Source: Negaprion brevirostris (taxonomy: Eukaryota). From it: a stretch of DNA of 64,000 nucleotides. The stretch spans positions 23,109,579-23,173,578 of the forward strand of contig JARDVH010000073.1 of assembly GCA_030324005.1 (NCBI GenBank), written 5' to 3'. Below, piece after piece: positions 13,247-25,911 of the stretch. Every line of letters starts with the position of its first letter. The stretch's first letter is position 1. The notes under the pieces were generated by a model. It ran no database searches and was not told where the DNA came from. It saw only the letters and a program-made list of their open reading frames with translations. The translations under genes and the position numbers were made by a program.

Positions 13247-14179
13247 AGATCCGTCCTTAACTCTGTCCACCCAGTGACAATGCTGCAAAGACGACTGCAT
13301 TTTAAATGCTTTCCAATCAGCAATTTAACACACCTTAGAGTAGACCCAGCAAGACCTCCCGCTCCAGCAGGTGGATCCTATATTATGGTCAAACATCACT
13401 CCCTGACATTGCAATACTATTCTAATAAAACACATTCATGAGGTCCATTTGGGACCAAACGTACCAATTTTGTTTAAATATTCTAGCATTATCATACCCA
13501 AACAGGCAGGAGTGACATCCGGATTGAAAGCCAGAGGCAGGAATCTAAGAACATCAGGATCCCAAGGGGATGAAGTTAGTGTTAATGGGAATGGTTTGAG
13601 GCTGGGGCAGCTCAAACAATCCTTGTAGGACCCAGGGGAACGATTTGCTCCTCCAGGTTCACAAGGATTCCACAGAAAAGCTAAATTTGCAGAAACAAAC
13701 CTTCTGTGCCACCAAGTCCTTTGAAAACTCTGGTTTAATCATAACCATAAGAAAGACTTTCTGTCCATTGTAAAAGATATATAGTAGTAAGGTAAGTGGC
13801 TTGGTAGATAGACTTTCAAAGTTTTTGTTGGCTTTAATCTTACACAATTGCTTGCAGATGTTTCATGTAGTTACCTTGCACCTTCAATACATGTTTTACA
13901 ATTTACAAGGCGGGGAGAAGCTTTTCTTTACTATGGCATGACATTTTTTGGTGTAAGGCATGAATATATACCATTACTGATAACTGGAGGTGGTCATCAC
14001 CCACTGACAGTTTGTCAATGTGGGGTTTGATTTTATTTCGCACTTAGATATAACACTTTCTTTGTCATAGTGATGCTTACGGGAAAACTTTAATCACGTC
14101 TCTTCTTTCAAAGTTCCAATCTTTCAATATCTTTGACTTTTTTTATTATTGTAGATTTCAATGTTGTTCTTATTGAAAC

Positions 14180-14494
14180 GACATGGTGGCAGAGTTGTTA
14201 GCACTGCTGCCTTACAGCATCAGGGACCTGGGTTCAATTCCCAGCTTGGGTCACTGTCTGTATGGAGTCTGCACCCTCTGTCTGTGTGGGTTTCCTCTGG
14301 GTGCTGTAGTTTCCTCCCACACTCCAAAGATATGTGGATTAGGTAAATTGGCCATGATAAATTGCACTTTAGTGTCAGGGGGCTAGGAGCGTAAATATGT
14401 GGGGTTATGGGGATCAGACCTGGGTGGGGTTGTTGTTGGTGCAGGCTTGATGGGCTGAATCATCTCCTTCTGCACTGTAGATTCTATGATTCTT
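14180..14494 (+). mobile_element. HE1-type SINE
   Basis: Head, V-domain and tail ending attctatgattct. Confidence 0.9.
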
Positions 14495-14724
14495 CAGATT
14501 TACAACTTTATTTTCAGCTCATCTGAAGTATTTCACTAAATTTTATGCTGCCTGTTATTGATGTGACATTGCGGGAACCTCACTTATTTCAAGTGTATTN
14601 NNNNNNNNNNNNNNNNNNNNNNNNNNNNNNNNNNNNNNNNNNNNNNNNNNNNNNNNNNNNNNNNNNNNNNNNNNNNNNNNNNNNNNNNNNNNNNNNNNNT
14701 TCTTCTGCTTAACAGGTTCTTTCA

Positions 14725-15026
14725 GCAGCACGGTGACACAGTGGTTAGCACTGCTGCCTCATAGCACCAGGGACCCGGGCTCGATTCATGGCTTGGGTCA
14801 CTGTCTTTGCAGAGTCTGCGCATTCTCCCCATGTCTGCATGGGTTTCATCTGCGTGCTCAAGTTTCCTCCCACAGTCCAAAAGATGTGTTGATTAGGTGC
14901 ATTGGCTACGCTAAATTCTCCCTCAGTGTACCTGAACAGGCGCCAGAGGGTAGTGATTTGGGGATTTTCACAAGAGCTTCATTGCAATGTTAATATAAGC
15001 CTACCTGTGACACTAATAATAACTAA
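14725..15026 (+). mobile_element. HE1-type SINE, alternative tail
   Basis: Tail ctaaattctccctcagtgtacctgaacaggcgcc..tgtgacactaataataact. Confidence 0.9.
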
Positions 15027-15151
15027 ATGAATAGAATACAAATGTTTCTATTGTCATTCTTTTTTTAATTCCTGAGAAGATTGATTCAGTTCTCTTAAAG
15101 TAGCTTGTTTTGTACATGTATAGGATTGATTATTTGCATGTCTGAATATGT

Positions 15152-15330
15152 TTATTTATTCATTCGTGGGTGTTGCTGGCTGGCCAGCATTTATTGCCCT
15201 TACCTCGTTGCCCTTGGAGGGCAGTTGAGAGTCAATCACATTGCTGTGGCTCTGGAGTCATGTGTTGGCCAGATCGGGTAAGGATGGCAAATTTCCTTCC
15301 CTAAAGGACATTAGTAACTCAAATGGGTCA
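15152..15330 (-). mobile_element. Second shark tRNA-SINE family (SINE-B), 3' part
   Basis: ccagcatttattgccc..ggtaaggatggcaaatttccttccctaaaggacattagt; same family as 32128, 42012 and 46871. Confidence 0.8.
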
Positions 15331-15676
15331 CTATGTTGTAACTATGTTAGCTGATTCTTCACATAAGTCTTAATTTCTACAATGTACTTTGAATCACAAT
15401 CTTGGCGGATATATCTTGATACTACCTTGAATCAATTTCTCAAGGGTTTTTTATGAACCAAGTGTATTGGATGGCATTTTTTCTGTGAGTTCACTTACTA
15501 ATGGAATGAGGTGTACACGAGCAAGAATATAGTTAAAGTAAAGACTTGATCCACATTATTTGGAAATCCTGAATTTTTACAATTGGCTATTGTGTCCAAT
15601 CAGCCCACCTTAAAATGCCAAAGTGCATCATGGGTATTCTCAATGACTGCCAACCCATCAAATCTTTCCACTCAAT

Positions 15677-15872
15677 GGCCAAAATTTTCCAGTCCTTCCT
15701 GCCAGTGGGATTTTCCGGTCCCGCTGATGATGGCCCCCAGGGGTGGAAGATGCAGGGCATACAAAACACCATGGAGATTAGCATGACAGGAGATCCCGTC
15801 GCCAATCAATGGCGGACACCTCCACTGCAGAAAAATATGCAGCAGGGACGGGAGGGGCAGAAAATCCTGACC
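15677..15872. mobile_element. PIF/Harbinger-type MITE
   Basis: TIRs ggccaaaattttcc / agaaaatcctgacc; flanks aat/aaa; internal GGGATTTTCC. Confidence 0.7.
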
Positions 15873-16004
15873 AAAGTAAGCAAGCAACTGCGGCACCTAG
15901 TGCTCTGTTGAACTCTATGCCATTTGTGGTGTAAATAACAGTCCCACAAAACAAACGAACCTGAAGAATACCTTTAAAAATTAACTATTCAAAATGAAAT
16001 CGCT

Positions 16005-16175
16005 ATCCAAAGATGTGCAAGTTGGATTGATTGGCCATACTCAATTGCCTCTTAGTGTCAGGAGGACTCGTGGGGTAAAATGTGGGGTTAGGGGGCTCAG
16101 GTGGATTGTTTTCAGTGGACAATTGATGGGCCAAATGGCCTCCTTCTGCACTATAGGGATTCTATGATTCCATGA
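16005..16175 (+). mobile_element. HE1-type SINE 3' half
   Basis: tccaaagatgtgc..ggcctccttctgcactatagggattctatg. Confidence 0.8.
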
Positions 16176-17237
16176 CTTCCTGAATGGGCTTTGTTAGTAT
16201 TATATAGGCAGCTTACTGTTTAGGCAGAAAAGTTGGCAGGGAAAACACAAAGTTAAAGCAACCCTTAAAGAGGAGGCTGTAAAGGTGAGGAAAGGATCAA
16301 CAAAGTAAGAGATTGAAATAAAAATAGAAAATGCTTAAAATACCCAGATAGGATCTGCGGGGAGTAAAATCTAGTTAATAGGCAGCATTTAATGAGTCAG
16401 TGACAACTCTGCTAGGGGCCCCTCTGGGCCAATCAAACACTTGCCTTCTGGGAAGTAGAGTCCTCATGTTTTCATGGGGGAGTTTCTTACCTCGGAGAAC
16501 TGCAGGCCAGTTCGATGTTGGCATTCTCCAGTACTGGCAGTGCCACTAACGGCAGTTAGAGGTGAACTCAAGGAACTGTTTAAGGGTTAAAAGTTCTGAA
16601 AACATGAATAAGCCATTACCAGACCTTCAAACTTAAAGCCAAGAGCGATTGCAGCTTATTGTTCCTTTAAGTGATGTTCTAAATTTCTGTCTCCTGCCAT
16701 ATGATAATTGTTAGGGATTGCATTGTGTAAGTGAGGGTGTGCATCCATAGAAAATAATGACTGGAGCTTTTTGACTAATTGAACAGATAATATAGGTTGA
16801 ATTCAACATTGGGGGAAAAAAAACTATTGGATAATGTTGAACGACTCACTTTCTGCCAGTCCAGTGAACAGGATATTCTTGCTTTCAAAATGTTTCAGCT
16901 CCTCAATAACCAGGAGAATGATAATTGGTGGTTTTAATCCTTACGGATGCAACATTCTCTACCTCTCAATGTGAATGACAATTAGCAAAATCCAATTCTC
17001 TGAGGTGGGCAGACTTGACAGACAAGAAATACTAGGACCTGAACTTTGACCTTATTTGTTGCGAAGCTTTTTTAATGCAGAGTAATTTTACAGAATACTG
17101 TCTTCCCAAGATACGCTGAATCCCAAACTCATACTTGACCCTTGTGTACTGTGTATTTTTTTCAAAAACACAACAAACTCTTTCATCCTTAGCAGGGTTC
17201 AAGTAGATCATTCTAAGGAACTTTCAAAGTACTATAT

Positions 17238-17546
17238 CACGGAATCCCTACAGTGCAGAAAAAAGCCATTCGGCTCATAAATTCTGCACTGACCACAATC
17301 CCACCCAGGCCCTATCCCCATAACCCCATGCATTTACGCTAACTAGTTGCTCTGACACTACAGGGCCATTTTAGCATGGCCAATGCACCTAATCCACACA
17401 TCTTGTGGGAAGAAATTGGAGTATCCAGAGGAAAACCATGCAGGCACGGGGAGAATATGCAAACTCCACACAGACCAAGCCAGGAATTGAACTGGGTCCC
17501 TGACACTGAGGCAGCAATGCTAACCTCTGTGCCACCGTGCCGTCCC
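17238..17546 (-). mobile_element. HE1-type SINE
   Basis: Full-length reverse copy. Confidence 0.9.
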
Positions 17547-17979
17547 AAGGATGGGTTCATAGGCATTTTTCGGTGTCTGATGGAAGTCAAAACCATTTTG
17601 TCCGTTTTGTGCCTTATTACATAAGTCGAAGCAAATGACTAGCCAGTCTGATGCAGTTTACATTGAAAACTAGAAACAGAGGGTGTACCTGTAGTGATTT
17701 GATTGAGGGAATTTGAGGAAAAGAATAAGGATAGAGATTATTCCATCTCTCAGGTTTATAAAATAATTGGAGATATGTGATGGTTTGATATAACTACAGT
17801 CCCAAGATTTAACACACATGGTTGTAAAATGTTGATAAACAGTTTTCTGCTAGGTTGGATTAGGAATGAAGGCAACGATCACACTACACCATCTCACAGG
17901 ATGCAGACAACAGAGAGGTGTCTTGGTTTCTTGCTGAGCTTTTTCAAAGTAGTATCATACTGCAGTGAAAGAGGGATGA

Positions 17980-18540
17980 TTAATCTTTTGGAGACATGGC
18001 CAGTTACTGACTTCAACAACAGCGACTGGTCTTCAACTCTTATCACTGCAACCTTCTTCAGGGTCTAGTATTTTGTGCCCATAAATTCTTAATTTTTAGA
18101 TGCTGGACTTTTGTACTTCCACCTTCCATTTGCAAACAAGCCATTTGCTGCTTTAGTCACTCTGAAATCTTTCACCTGAATCCATCTCTTTTCCTTAAAG
18201 ACCTTCCTTCTCTTTGACCAAGAACCAAGTCTTTGACTATGCCTGGGATTTTCAACGGGTTTTCCCATGGCAGATTGGCGAGCCATCGGCCACCAGCAGG
18301 ATGGTGTCACTAATGGGCTATTGCATGGCTTGCCCAACCCACCACCAAGGGAACGTGCCACAAGGGGGCCGGCTTCGTTGGGACTGGAAGACACAGCAGG
18401 GAAGGAGTTGGAAAATCCTGTCTTATGTTTCTGACAAGCCATCTTAATTCTCTTCTTTGCCTCAGTGTTTATGTTTTCCTAGTACCTTGAAGCATCTTGG
18501 TGCACTTTTACACATTGAAGTCATGATATAAGTGCAAGCT
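17980..18540 (+). mobile_element. Old L2 3' fragment split by a MITE
   Basis: ccttaaagacct..ctctttgaccaag and tail ..gatataagtgcaag. Confidence 0.5.
18241..18423. mobile_element. PIF/Harbinger-type MITE inserted in an L2 fragment
   Basis: TIRs gcctgggattttca / ggaaaatcctgtct; exact TSD TAT. Confidence 0.75.
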
Positions 18541-20059
18541 ATCTGAAAATGGAATGGCAAGTCCTATTATTGATAGTAGAATTAGAATAAACTAGGAATA
18601 CTCCTACATTGAGGTTATATTGAGGTTTCTGGCTTGTTTTGACTTCATTACTTGCTATGTTTTCAGTTACTCTAACCATTTATATTTTGCCACCACATTC
18701 TGGTTCTCTGAAGTGGAAAACTGAGGCTGACATTTGTCACATGTGACTTCCAGTCTAACTTATTCAGTTAACTCCCATGGATGCTGCACTGGGTTCTAGT
18801 TTATGTTTTCCTTGCTATCCCTTCAAAATGTTTTTCAGTAACTTTTCCACACGCCATTTTATTCAGCAGCTGAAATTAAGTCTAAAGCAAAGGTTTAGAC
18901 AAAAAAAAGAAACACATTTCATATTAACATGTTTAGATTTATCCATTTGTTTAACCACTCCAAAAGCCTGTGCTTGGGCTAGATACCTATGCCCAAAGCT
19001 ATTACAGTAAAAGCCATCTCCTCACTGTGCGGATGAGCATGTACAATGTAACTAATTTCCTAAGATGCAATAGCACCAGTCACGAAGCTATACTGACAGA
19101 ATATTTTTCTTTAGCTTCTAACATTGAAACTAGAAGCAGGAGTAGGCCATTCGGCCCTTTGAACCTGTTTCACCATTAATTTTGATCACAACTGATCATC
19201 AAATTTAATATTCTGATCTCCCCTTCCTCCATATCCCTCAATCCCTTTAACCCCAAGAGCTAAGTCTTAGTTGTTGGTTTGTAGCTTATTTTGTAATGAA
19301 CCAGATTTTGCACTCAGCAGAAAATGGATGGCACCAGCCATTCATTATACTCGCTTCAGTATGCGACTTTACACTGGAACTTAGTGTGTTTTAGTGGCCA
19401 AACATTGCATAGCACCTTCCACAGGAAATCTGGGCCAACCCAGACAACCCCTTACCCAATCAGAATGAAAAATTCTTGATGAGCAGCACAAGTTTGAACA
19501 AGGAATTGCAGATTTGAATATTGAATTTAACATTACTTCAGTTACAGGAAGTGAAATAATGGGAATGAAAGAAAGATGGAATTAAGAGAGAGTGGGACGA
19601 GGAGGAGTTAAGGAAAAGAAAATTAGTTTATTTACATTTTCTTTATTTTTAAGATATCTCACCCTAAAATCTGAAGGAAGAGACTCCACACTTGCGAAAT
19701 GTCATTGTCAGTGCCAGGGAAGTTATTTGGCTGTAATTAACACGTGGAGTGGGCAAGCCCCAATGCCATGGTGAGAAATTGGTTCGATGCAGCTTCAGGG
19801 GAACAAAGTAACTTGAACAGCAATTTCCTGCTTTCTTTCCACACTTAACTGCGCATATGTAATTGCCAGAAGTTGTTAACCGATTTACACTTTATTAATG
19901 CCAAAAGCCATTAGCCCCATTGTTATCTGTACTAAGTTCAGCCCAATACTAATTTGGAAAAAATTGGGAGGACACATCTCAAATCTTTGAGAGAAAATTT
20001 ATAATTATTTTAAAACAGAGAGTGCATGTGTGTACGTGCAAGTGCGAGAAAAAGATCAT

Positions 20060-20185
20060 GAAGTGAATTTTCCCGTTCCGTCGCCATGGGAATCAGAGCA
20101 GATGATGGGCGCACCATGGAAAGGTTTGTTGCTCTTGGGCGGGATTTTCCGGTTTCGGAATAGGTGTGGCTGGAAAATCCCGTCC
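20060..20185. mobile_element. Short Harbinger-type MITE, about 125-bp subfamily
   Basis: gaagtgaattttcc..ccatggaaagg..gggcgggattttcc..ggaaaatcccgtcc. Similar copies at 1782-1914, 21171-21270, 53973-54099 and 55705-55813. Confidence 0.7.
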
Positions 20186-20714
20186 CAGTGCTCTATAAAA
20201 TTCAGAAAGTGTAGCGAGCTGCGTGCAAGCTATACACACACATACATTGGTGAGTGTGGGAGAAAGAGAAAGAGAAAGAGAGACAGAGTGAAATGGTAGG
20301 GTCAGAAAGAGGGAGCTAAAGGAATAGAGGGAGTTTTCCCAATTCGTTGTTCATCTTGTTATTTTAAAAAAGAATTGATTAAATATATGTTGAATTGTCT
20401 CCACTCTCCAACTGAAAACTACACATGGGGGTGTGGGGGAGAGGCATGGTGGTTAAATTCATCAAAGCAATTTGAGCTCAGTGTCATGCTTTGTGATTAG
20501 ACTGTGTCTGGTCCCAGTGACAGAGATGTCATGCTGCCTCGTCTTAATGATTTTAGCCTGTAGCCCAGCCTGAATGTGCTGCTGACCGGCTGCGAGCTCA
20601 GCAAGAGGGGCCCATAGTATTCGTGGCTTGCCTTCAGCTCCTAAAGGGGAGCCACACTCACTTTACTGTTAATGCAGACTATCTGTGGATGACATGGATG
20701 GGGGCAAAAGGATA

Positions 20715-20770
20715 TGGGGAGGCAACAGTGAGAGAAAGGACTCCCACATTTTCTGATGCAGCGCTGGAGG
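20715..20770 (+). pseudogene. Possible fragment of the Harbinger Myb/SANT-like DNA-binding partner gene
   Basis: Reads ATVRERTPTFSDAALE, similar to the R-x-P-x-F-S-D-x-x-L-E start of Harbinger-derived Myb/SANT proteins. Cut by an HE1 SINE with a tggagg duplication. Confidence 0.5.
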
Positions 20771-21096
20771 GCGGCAAGGTGGTACAGTGGTTAGCACTGC
20801 TGCCTCACAGTGCCAAGGACCCAGGTTCAATTCCTGCCTCAGGCCACTGTCTGTGTGGAGTTGCACGCTCTTCCTGTGTCTCTGTGGATTTCCTCTGGGT
20901 GCTCTGGTTTGCTCCCACGCTTCAAAAATGTGTGGGTTTGGTTGATTGGCCATACTAAATCGCCCCTAATGTCAGGGGGATTAGCACAGTAAATATGTGG
21001 GGTTACAGATATAGGGCCTGGGTGAGATTGTGGCTGGTGCAGACTTGATGGACCAGATGGCCTCCTTCTGTACAGTAGGGATTCTATGATTCTATG
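20769..21096 (+). mobile_element. HE1-type SINE
   Basis: Full length, flanked by tggagg repeats. Confidence 0.9.
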
Positions 21097-21539
21097 GAGG
21101 CTGAAAATGAGGAGTGTTGCAAAGTTTCTGCATAACAGCTCTTGTGAATCCACCTATGATGCAACATCTGGGGTGGGATTTTTAGGCCGCAAGACCAGAA
21201 AATCCCATCAGAGGTCAATGGATCTTTGTATGATCCACCCCACTCTGCTATGATTCCCTGGCCACCCTTGTGGTTTAGGGTCATTTCCTTGTTAAGATGT
21301 GGGGTCCCCAGAGCCATGTGATTCAATTGATAGTGCATATTTAAGTTGATGCTTCCAATTCTTTGAATATTGAATACTATTCGCACCTTTTATCTCCATC
21401 ATTTTAAAACAGCATTCACCTATCCAGATTTTGTAAACATAGTCCTTCTGTCAATTTCCTCATACAAAAGTAACATATCTTTATTGTTTACCCATTAGCC
21501 GGACTTGACCTGGTGCGTATGGGAAAAATGTGCACCAGA

Positions 21540-22004
21540 GGGCAGAATTTTCACTTTTTTAATGCAAAGTGTCCCATTGAGTGGGAAAAGTGTCATTGAA
21601 GCCACCGGCCCCACTGTATTGCCAACAACTTAGAGAAAAAAATAAGGGGCAGGTTCCACATCACAGAGCCTGCCCCACCAGCATTTAGTTTTTCTAACAA
21701 TTGGGGTCCATTGATACAGGCCACCCAGGTACATAAAAGTAAAAACAAGATCTCCCTTCAGGGAGGGATTATTAGGCATAGAGGCCTGATAATTAGATTT
21801 AAATTTATTATAATGGGGGTTTCTGACATTGAATGTTGGGAATCCCACTACATCACTAGCAGGGAAGGGGGGGGTGGTGATTTGGGCAATTGTGAAGGGA
21901 CTTACCACCAATGTATAATGTGATTTGGGTATCTCGTGAAACTTTGTCCTTACGTACTGGTAAGGACATAATCGCTATGCAAACGGGAGCGTAAAATCCC
22001 AGCC
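21540..22004. mobile_element. Longer non-autonomous Harbinger-type element
   Basis: TIRs gggcagaattttca / gtaaaatcccagcc; exact TSD AGA. Internal similarity (inverted) to 47948-48300. Confidence 0.7.
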
Positions 22005-23072
22005 AGAGAATATATTGTCATGCGTAGACTTTCACTATGAAATATTATGACCCATAAAACTGTTCTTTCATTGGGGTGAATTTTGATTAAACTGGGCAGA
22101 CAGTGGGAAGGACATCAGCTACTCCAACTCAGTGCAATTGGTCTGAATGTTTAATGTTTGGGCTTCTTGCAAACAATATTGATGAATTACTAGTGCTAAA
22201 TAGATTAAGTGCTTGGGGATCAAGTGGGGGGGTTTATGAGGTTGTGGAATCCGGTGTCTCCTGCACGGTGTTGGGCTGAATGTGGAGCTTTAAGAGAGGG
22301 GTGGGTGGCAGTGAGTCACAGTCCCAAAGGGGGTCCACTAGAAGGGCTGGAAAAAACTGTTTACTTGGGTCAAAAGCATGCATGTTCCTCTGGACTTCTG
22401 AAGAATCATTGACAGAGTTTTTCTTTTTGAGCAGCCTTTTTAAAGACTATTGGTTTACAGCACTGTCCAGTTCCATAGCAAAGAACATGGAAAAATAAAA
22501 TGCAACCTAATTCTTAATTAGTGAGTATTATTGAAAATAATTTTTGAGGCAACTGCAATCATTTAAAAAAATGATGTGTAGCATTTACATATCGATGTTA
22601 ATCAACTGTTTCTCCAGAATCTCAACTACTGACTCAATGGGGAGAACTTTGACCAACTTGATTCACACAGTGTGGAGCTTTAACTACAATTGAGACATCA
22701 GTCAGGTGGAGAACCAAACACTGATGGCTGAGCAGCAGTTAAGTCTGCATCGGGAATGGAGGTGACACAAGGGGATTTCAATCCTGGATTGGGGCAGAAG
22801 TGGACGCCAGGTCATGAGGGGAGGAAGGATCGGAAGATTCAGGAGGTGGGGAAGAAAAATTCGAAGGCTGGTGGGATCACAGATCAATCTGGAGAATTGG
22901 GGGCAGCGGAGGAGGGGGAAGGGGCAGGAGAGATCTCCGGAAGAAGGCTGCTGGGGAGGACCCAACCATAGAAACTCCTCAGACTGACACTTGGAGCCCA
23001 GGTGCAAGTGTTTGTCTCTTGAAACTCCCAATCCCTTGTCTTGACAAAGCTTAGGTTAATCAACACTAGTTA

Positions 23073-23563
23073 AGGGGCGGCATGATAGCACAGTGGTTAG
23101 CACTGCTGCTTCACAGATCCAGGGACCTGTGCTCAAATCCCGGCTCAGATCACTGCCTCTGTGGAGTTTGCACATTCTCCCTGTGTCTGCATGGGTTTCC
23201 TCCGGGTGCACCAATCTCCTCCCACAGTCCAAAGATGCGTGAGCTAGGTTGATTGGCCATTCTAAATTGCCCCTTAGTGTCCCGGAATGAAAAGGTTAGA
23301 GGGATTAGTGGGTAAATACATAGGGATAAGGCCAGGGTGGGATTGTAGTTGGTGCAGACTCAATGGGCCGNNNNNNNNNNNNNNNNNNNNNNNNNNNNNN
23401 NNNNNNNNNNNNNNNNNNNNNNNNNNNNNNNNNNNNNNNNNNNNNNNNNNNNNNNNNNNNNNNNNNNNNNACATAGGGATAAGGCCAGGGTGGGATTGTA
23501 GTTGGTGCAGACTCAATGGGCCGAATGGCCTCTTTCTGCACTGTAGGATTCTATGATTCTATA
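23073..23563 (+). mobile_element. HE1-type SINE containing a probable false assembly gap
   Basis: Full length; the same 53-bp sequence lies on both sides of the 100-N gap. Confidence 0.9.
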
Positions 23564-24179
23564 ACACTTAGAACTCAAGTGACAAATTAAAGCTGAAAAC
23601 TGGAGCAACAACACGGTCCATAGCCTCATTATCTTATTATCCATCTCCTGGTCTCAGATAAAGCTGGAAATGTGTGGGTTTGGAGGGTCAGGCAACAGAT
23701 TTCTGTTTAATGCCTAAACCTGAGCATACCAGCCTGGTTTTTCTGGCTCAAAATTCAACACAATTGTTAACACAAATGCTGTTCAAAGTATCATTACTAA
23801 ATCAAAACAGCTTCCCGCAGACATGGAGATTAGCACTACACGTGGTTCAATGCTCTCAGCGTAACAAATCCTATTACCCTGTGCTCCTGCACTAGAGTCC
23901 GATTCAACTATTAATTTTATACTGAGTGATATTAACGTATTATCACTGTCTTGCAGAATTGAACACTGAAAGAATAAAACAAATCTGCTTTCAGTTCATT
24001 ATTAGGTTTATGTTCCTGAAAAGTGATCTACTCTTGGCAATATTTTAAAAGCTGGACAACATTTTAACAATGAGTTATGGCATAAATAAAAATGGCAATG
24101 ATTAATGAAAGTGTGCAACTTGATATCCCACACATTTCCTTCGGCAAGTTGTACAACACTCTTAACATGTAATGGTGAC

Positions 24180-25820
24180 TGACTGTTGCTTCCTATCTGT
24201 GTAATCTGACAGCAGGGACCCTTGCTCCCCTTCATTATCGTTTATAGGACTTACCCGTTGCTCTGACTGCCCGGCAACATTTCAATTGAAAGACTGGGTC
24301 AATGTTGGGGTTTGATACAAACTCTGACATTTTGAACAGTTAGCACAAAAACTTATGGGATGTGCTTGACTGATATGGCTTGCATCACTGAAGCTACAGG
24401 TCTTTTCTTCAAAGAATGATTTTGGCTACACTTGCACGTCAAAAGAACTCGAAAGATACCGCACCTCCAGGACTGACAGAAATTTCAGCCTCGCTGGTGT
24501 GAATTTCAAATGAGGAAAGTACACTTCATGATCTCAAATGGCTGGCTTTCACCCTTTGAAAATTATCTGCGCCAGGCTGACAGGATTAAGGTTGTTTCCC
24601 AGCGTCCCGATTCAGCATTCGAAAACAAATTATGGCTTGTTCTCTAACCTGACAATCAAAGATTAATTGACAGTCTTCAGACATGCTTCCAGATAATATG
24701 AAAATCTCATGTCAACATAATGCACGCTTGTATTGGGGGAAATAAAGAGATTTGACAATCCTGGTAATCTGATTCTTGGTTTTTTTTTTAACATGTTCTA
24801 ACCACTGATGACATCAGTTACCATTGTATTGTTATTTTGATCCCAGTCTGTTCCCTACCGCTCACAGACTTTGGGAGGAAAAGTTCCCTGACTCTTTTTC
24901 TTTCCTCGAGCAACTTTTGTGCTGATCTCTGATTTCATGACCTCCTGAGCTAATCCTTCTATTCTTCCTATTACCAAGTCTAAGTAGGCAAACTTCAAAC
25001 AGCTTCTGATGGGTCACAAGGTTTAATGGGAAAACAGATAATCATCTAAATTACATTTTTGGGGGCTGATGAGCCAGACAGGACCACAGTGTAATTTCGC
25101 CAGCTTTCACTCCCGACCCAGCAGGGTTAGCGCGACCCCGTATCTGCTGCTGCTGCTTGCCTCCCCAAGGGGCTGGGGAGGGTGGGGTGGGGGGGGGGGG
25201 GGGGGGGGGTTTTGNNNNNNNNNNCGGTAGTGACGGATCAGCACGAGCAGCTGCAGAAGCTTTCTACTCTCTCAGTGTGCACCGCGGAGGCCTGACAGAC
25301 ATGAAAGGCAACTGCTGACACGTCTCAAAGGCGAAAGGTTTTCTTCCCATCGATGTATGTGTCCAATGGTTGATGATATTCAAGTGAGCAGTGGCTGCCA
25401 ATTTTGGAATCTGTTCATAGTTAGGGGCTACTAGAAAGGGAGGATCTGCTTACACAACCATAGTGTATTCTCTTGGGAAAGTGTCACAGAATACTGCTCT
25501 TCCACTGAAGGCATTATTGTTTTTTCCCTGAAGTTGTATGCGTTTGGGATTTGAGCATGATTATTTGGACTTTCAGACTTATATTCGAAAAGGAAAAAAA
25601 AATAAAAACCGGGGTGAGATAAAGAGCTGTTGATATCAAGGATGGCTTGCATAGAATTTATAACAACATGAAAAATAAATATGCAACTTTAATTCCTTCT
25701 GTTAATTAAATTTCATCATGGCAATATCTCGCTAAATTGTAAATTAAACCAGCTTGGGGTTAAGGGTTATTAATGTACATTGAAAATTAAAATCTAATCT
25801 TTTGTGCATGGTGTATCAAA
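24180..25820. promoter_or_regulatory. Candidate conserved non-coding element / enhancer cluster
   Basis: No recognisable TE, retains CpG, five TGACAG (24207, 24474, 24578, 24668, 25293) and many TAAT/ATTA motifs. Function is inferred only. Confidence 0.4.
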
Positions 25821-25911
25821 AACACTCAAAATAGATGAGCAAAAACAATAAATTACTCTATGTTGTTGAAAGTTTTGAAATATAATGCGCAGAACACTGA
25901 ATTAATTTAAC

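Noticed and set aside
23318-23523. 53-bp exact direct repeat around a 100-N gap
   Set aside because: Identical overlap on both sides of a fixed-size gap inside one SINE; an assembly artefact.
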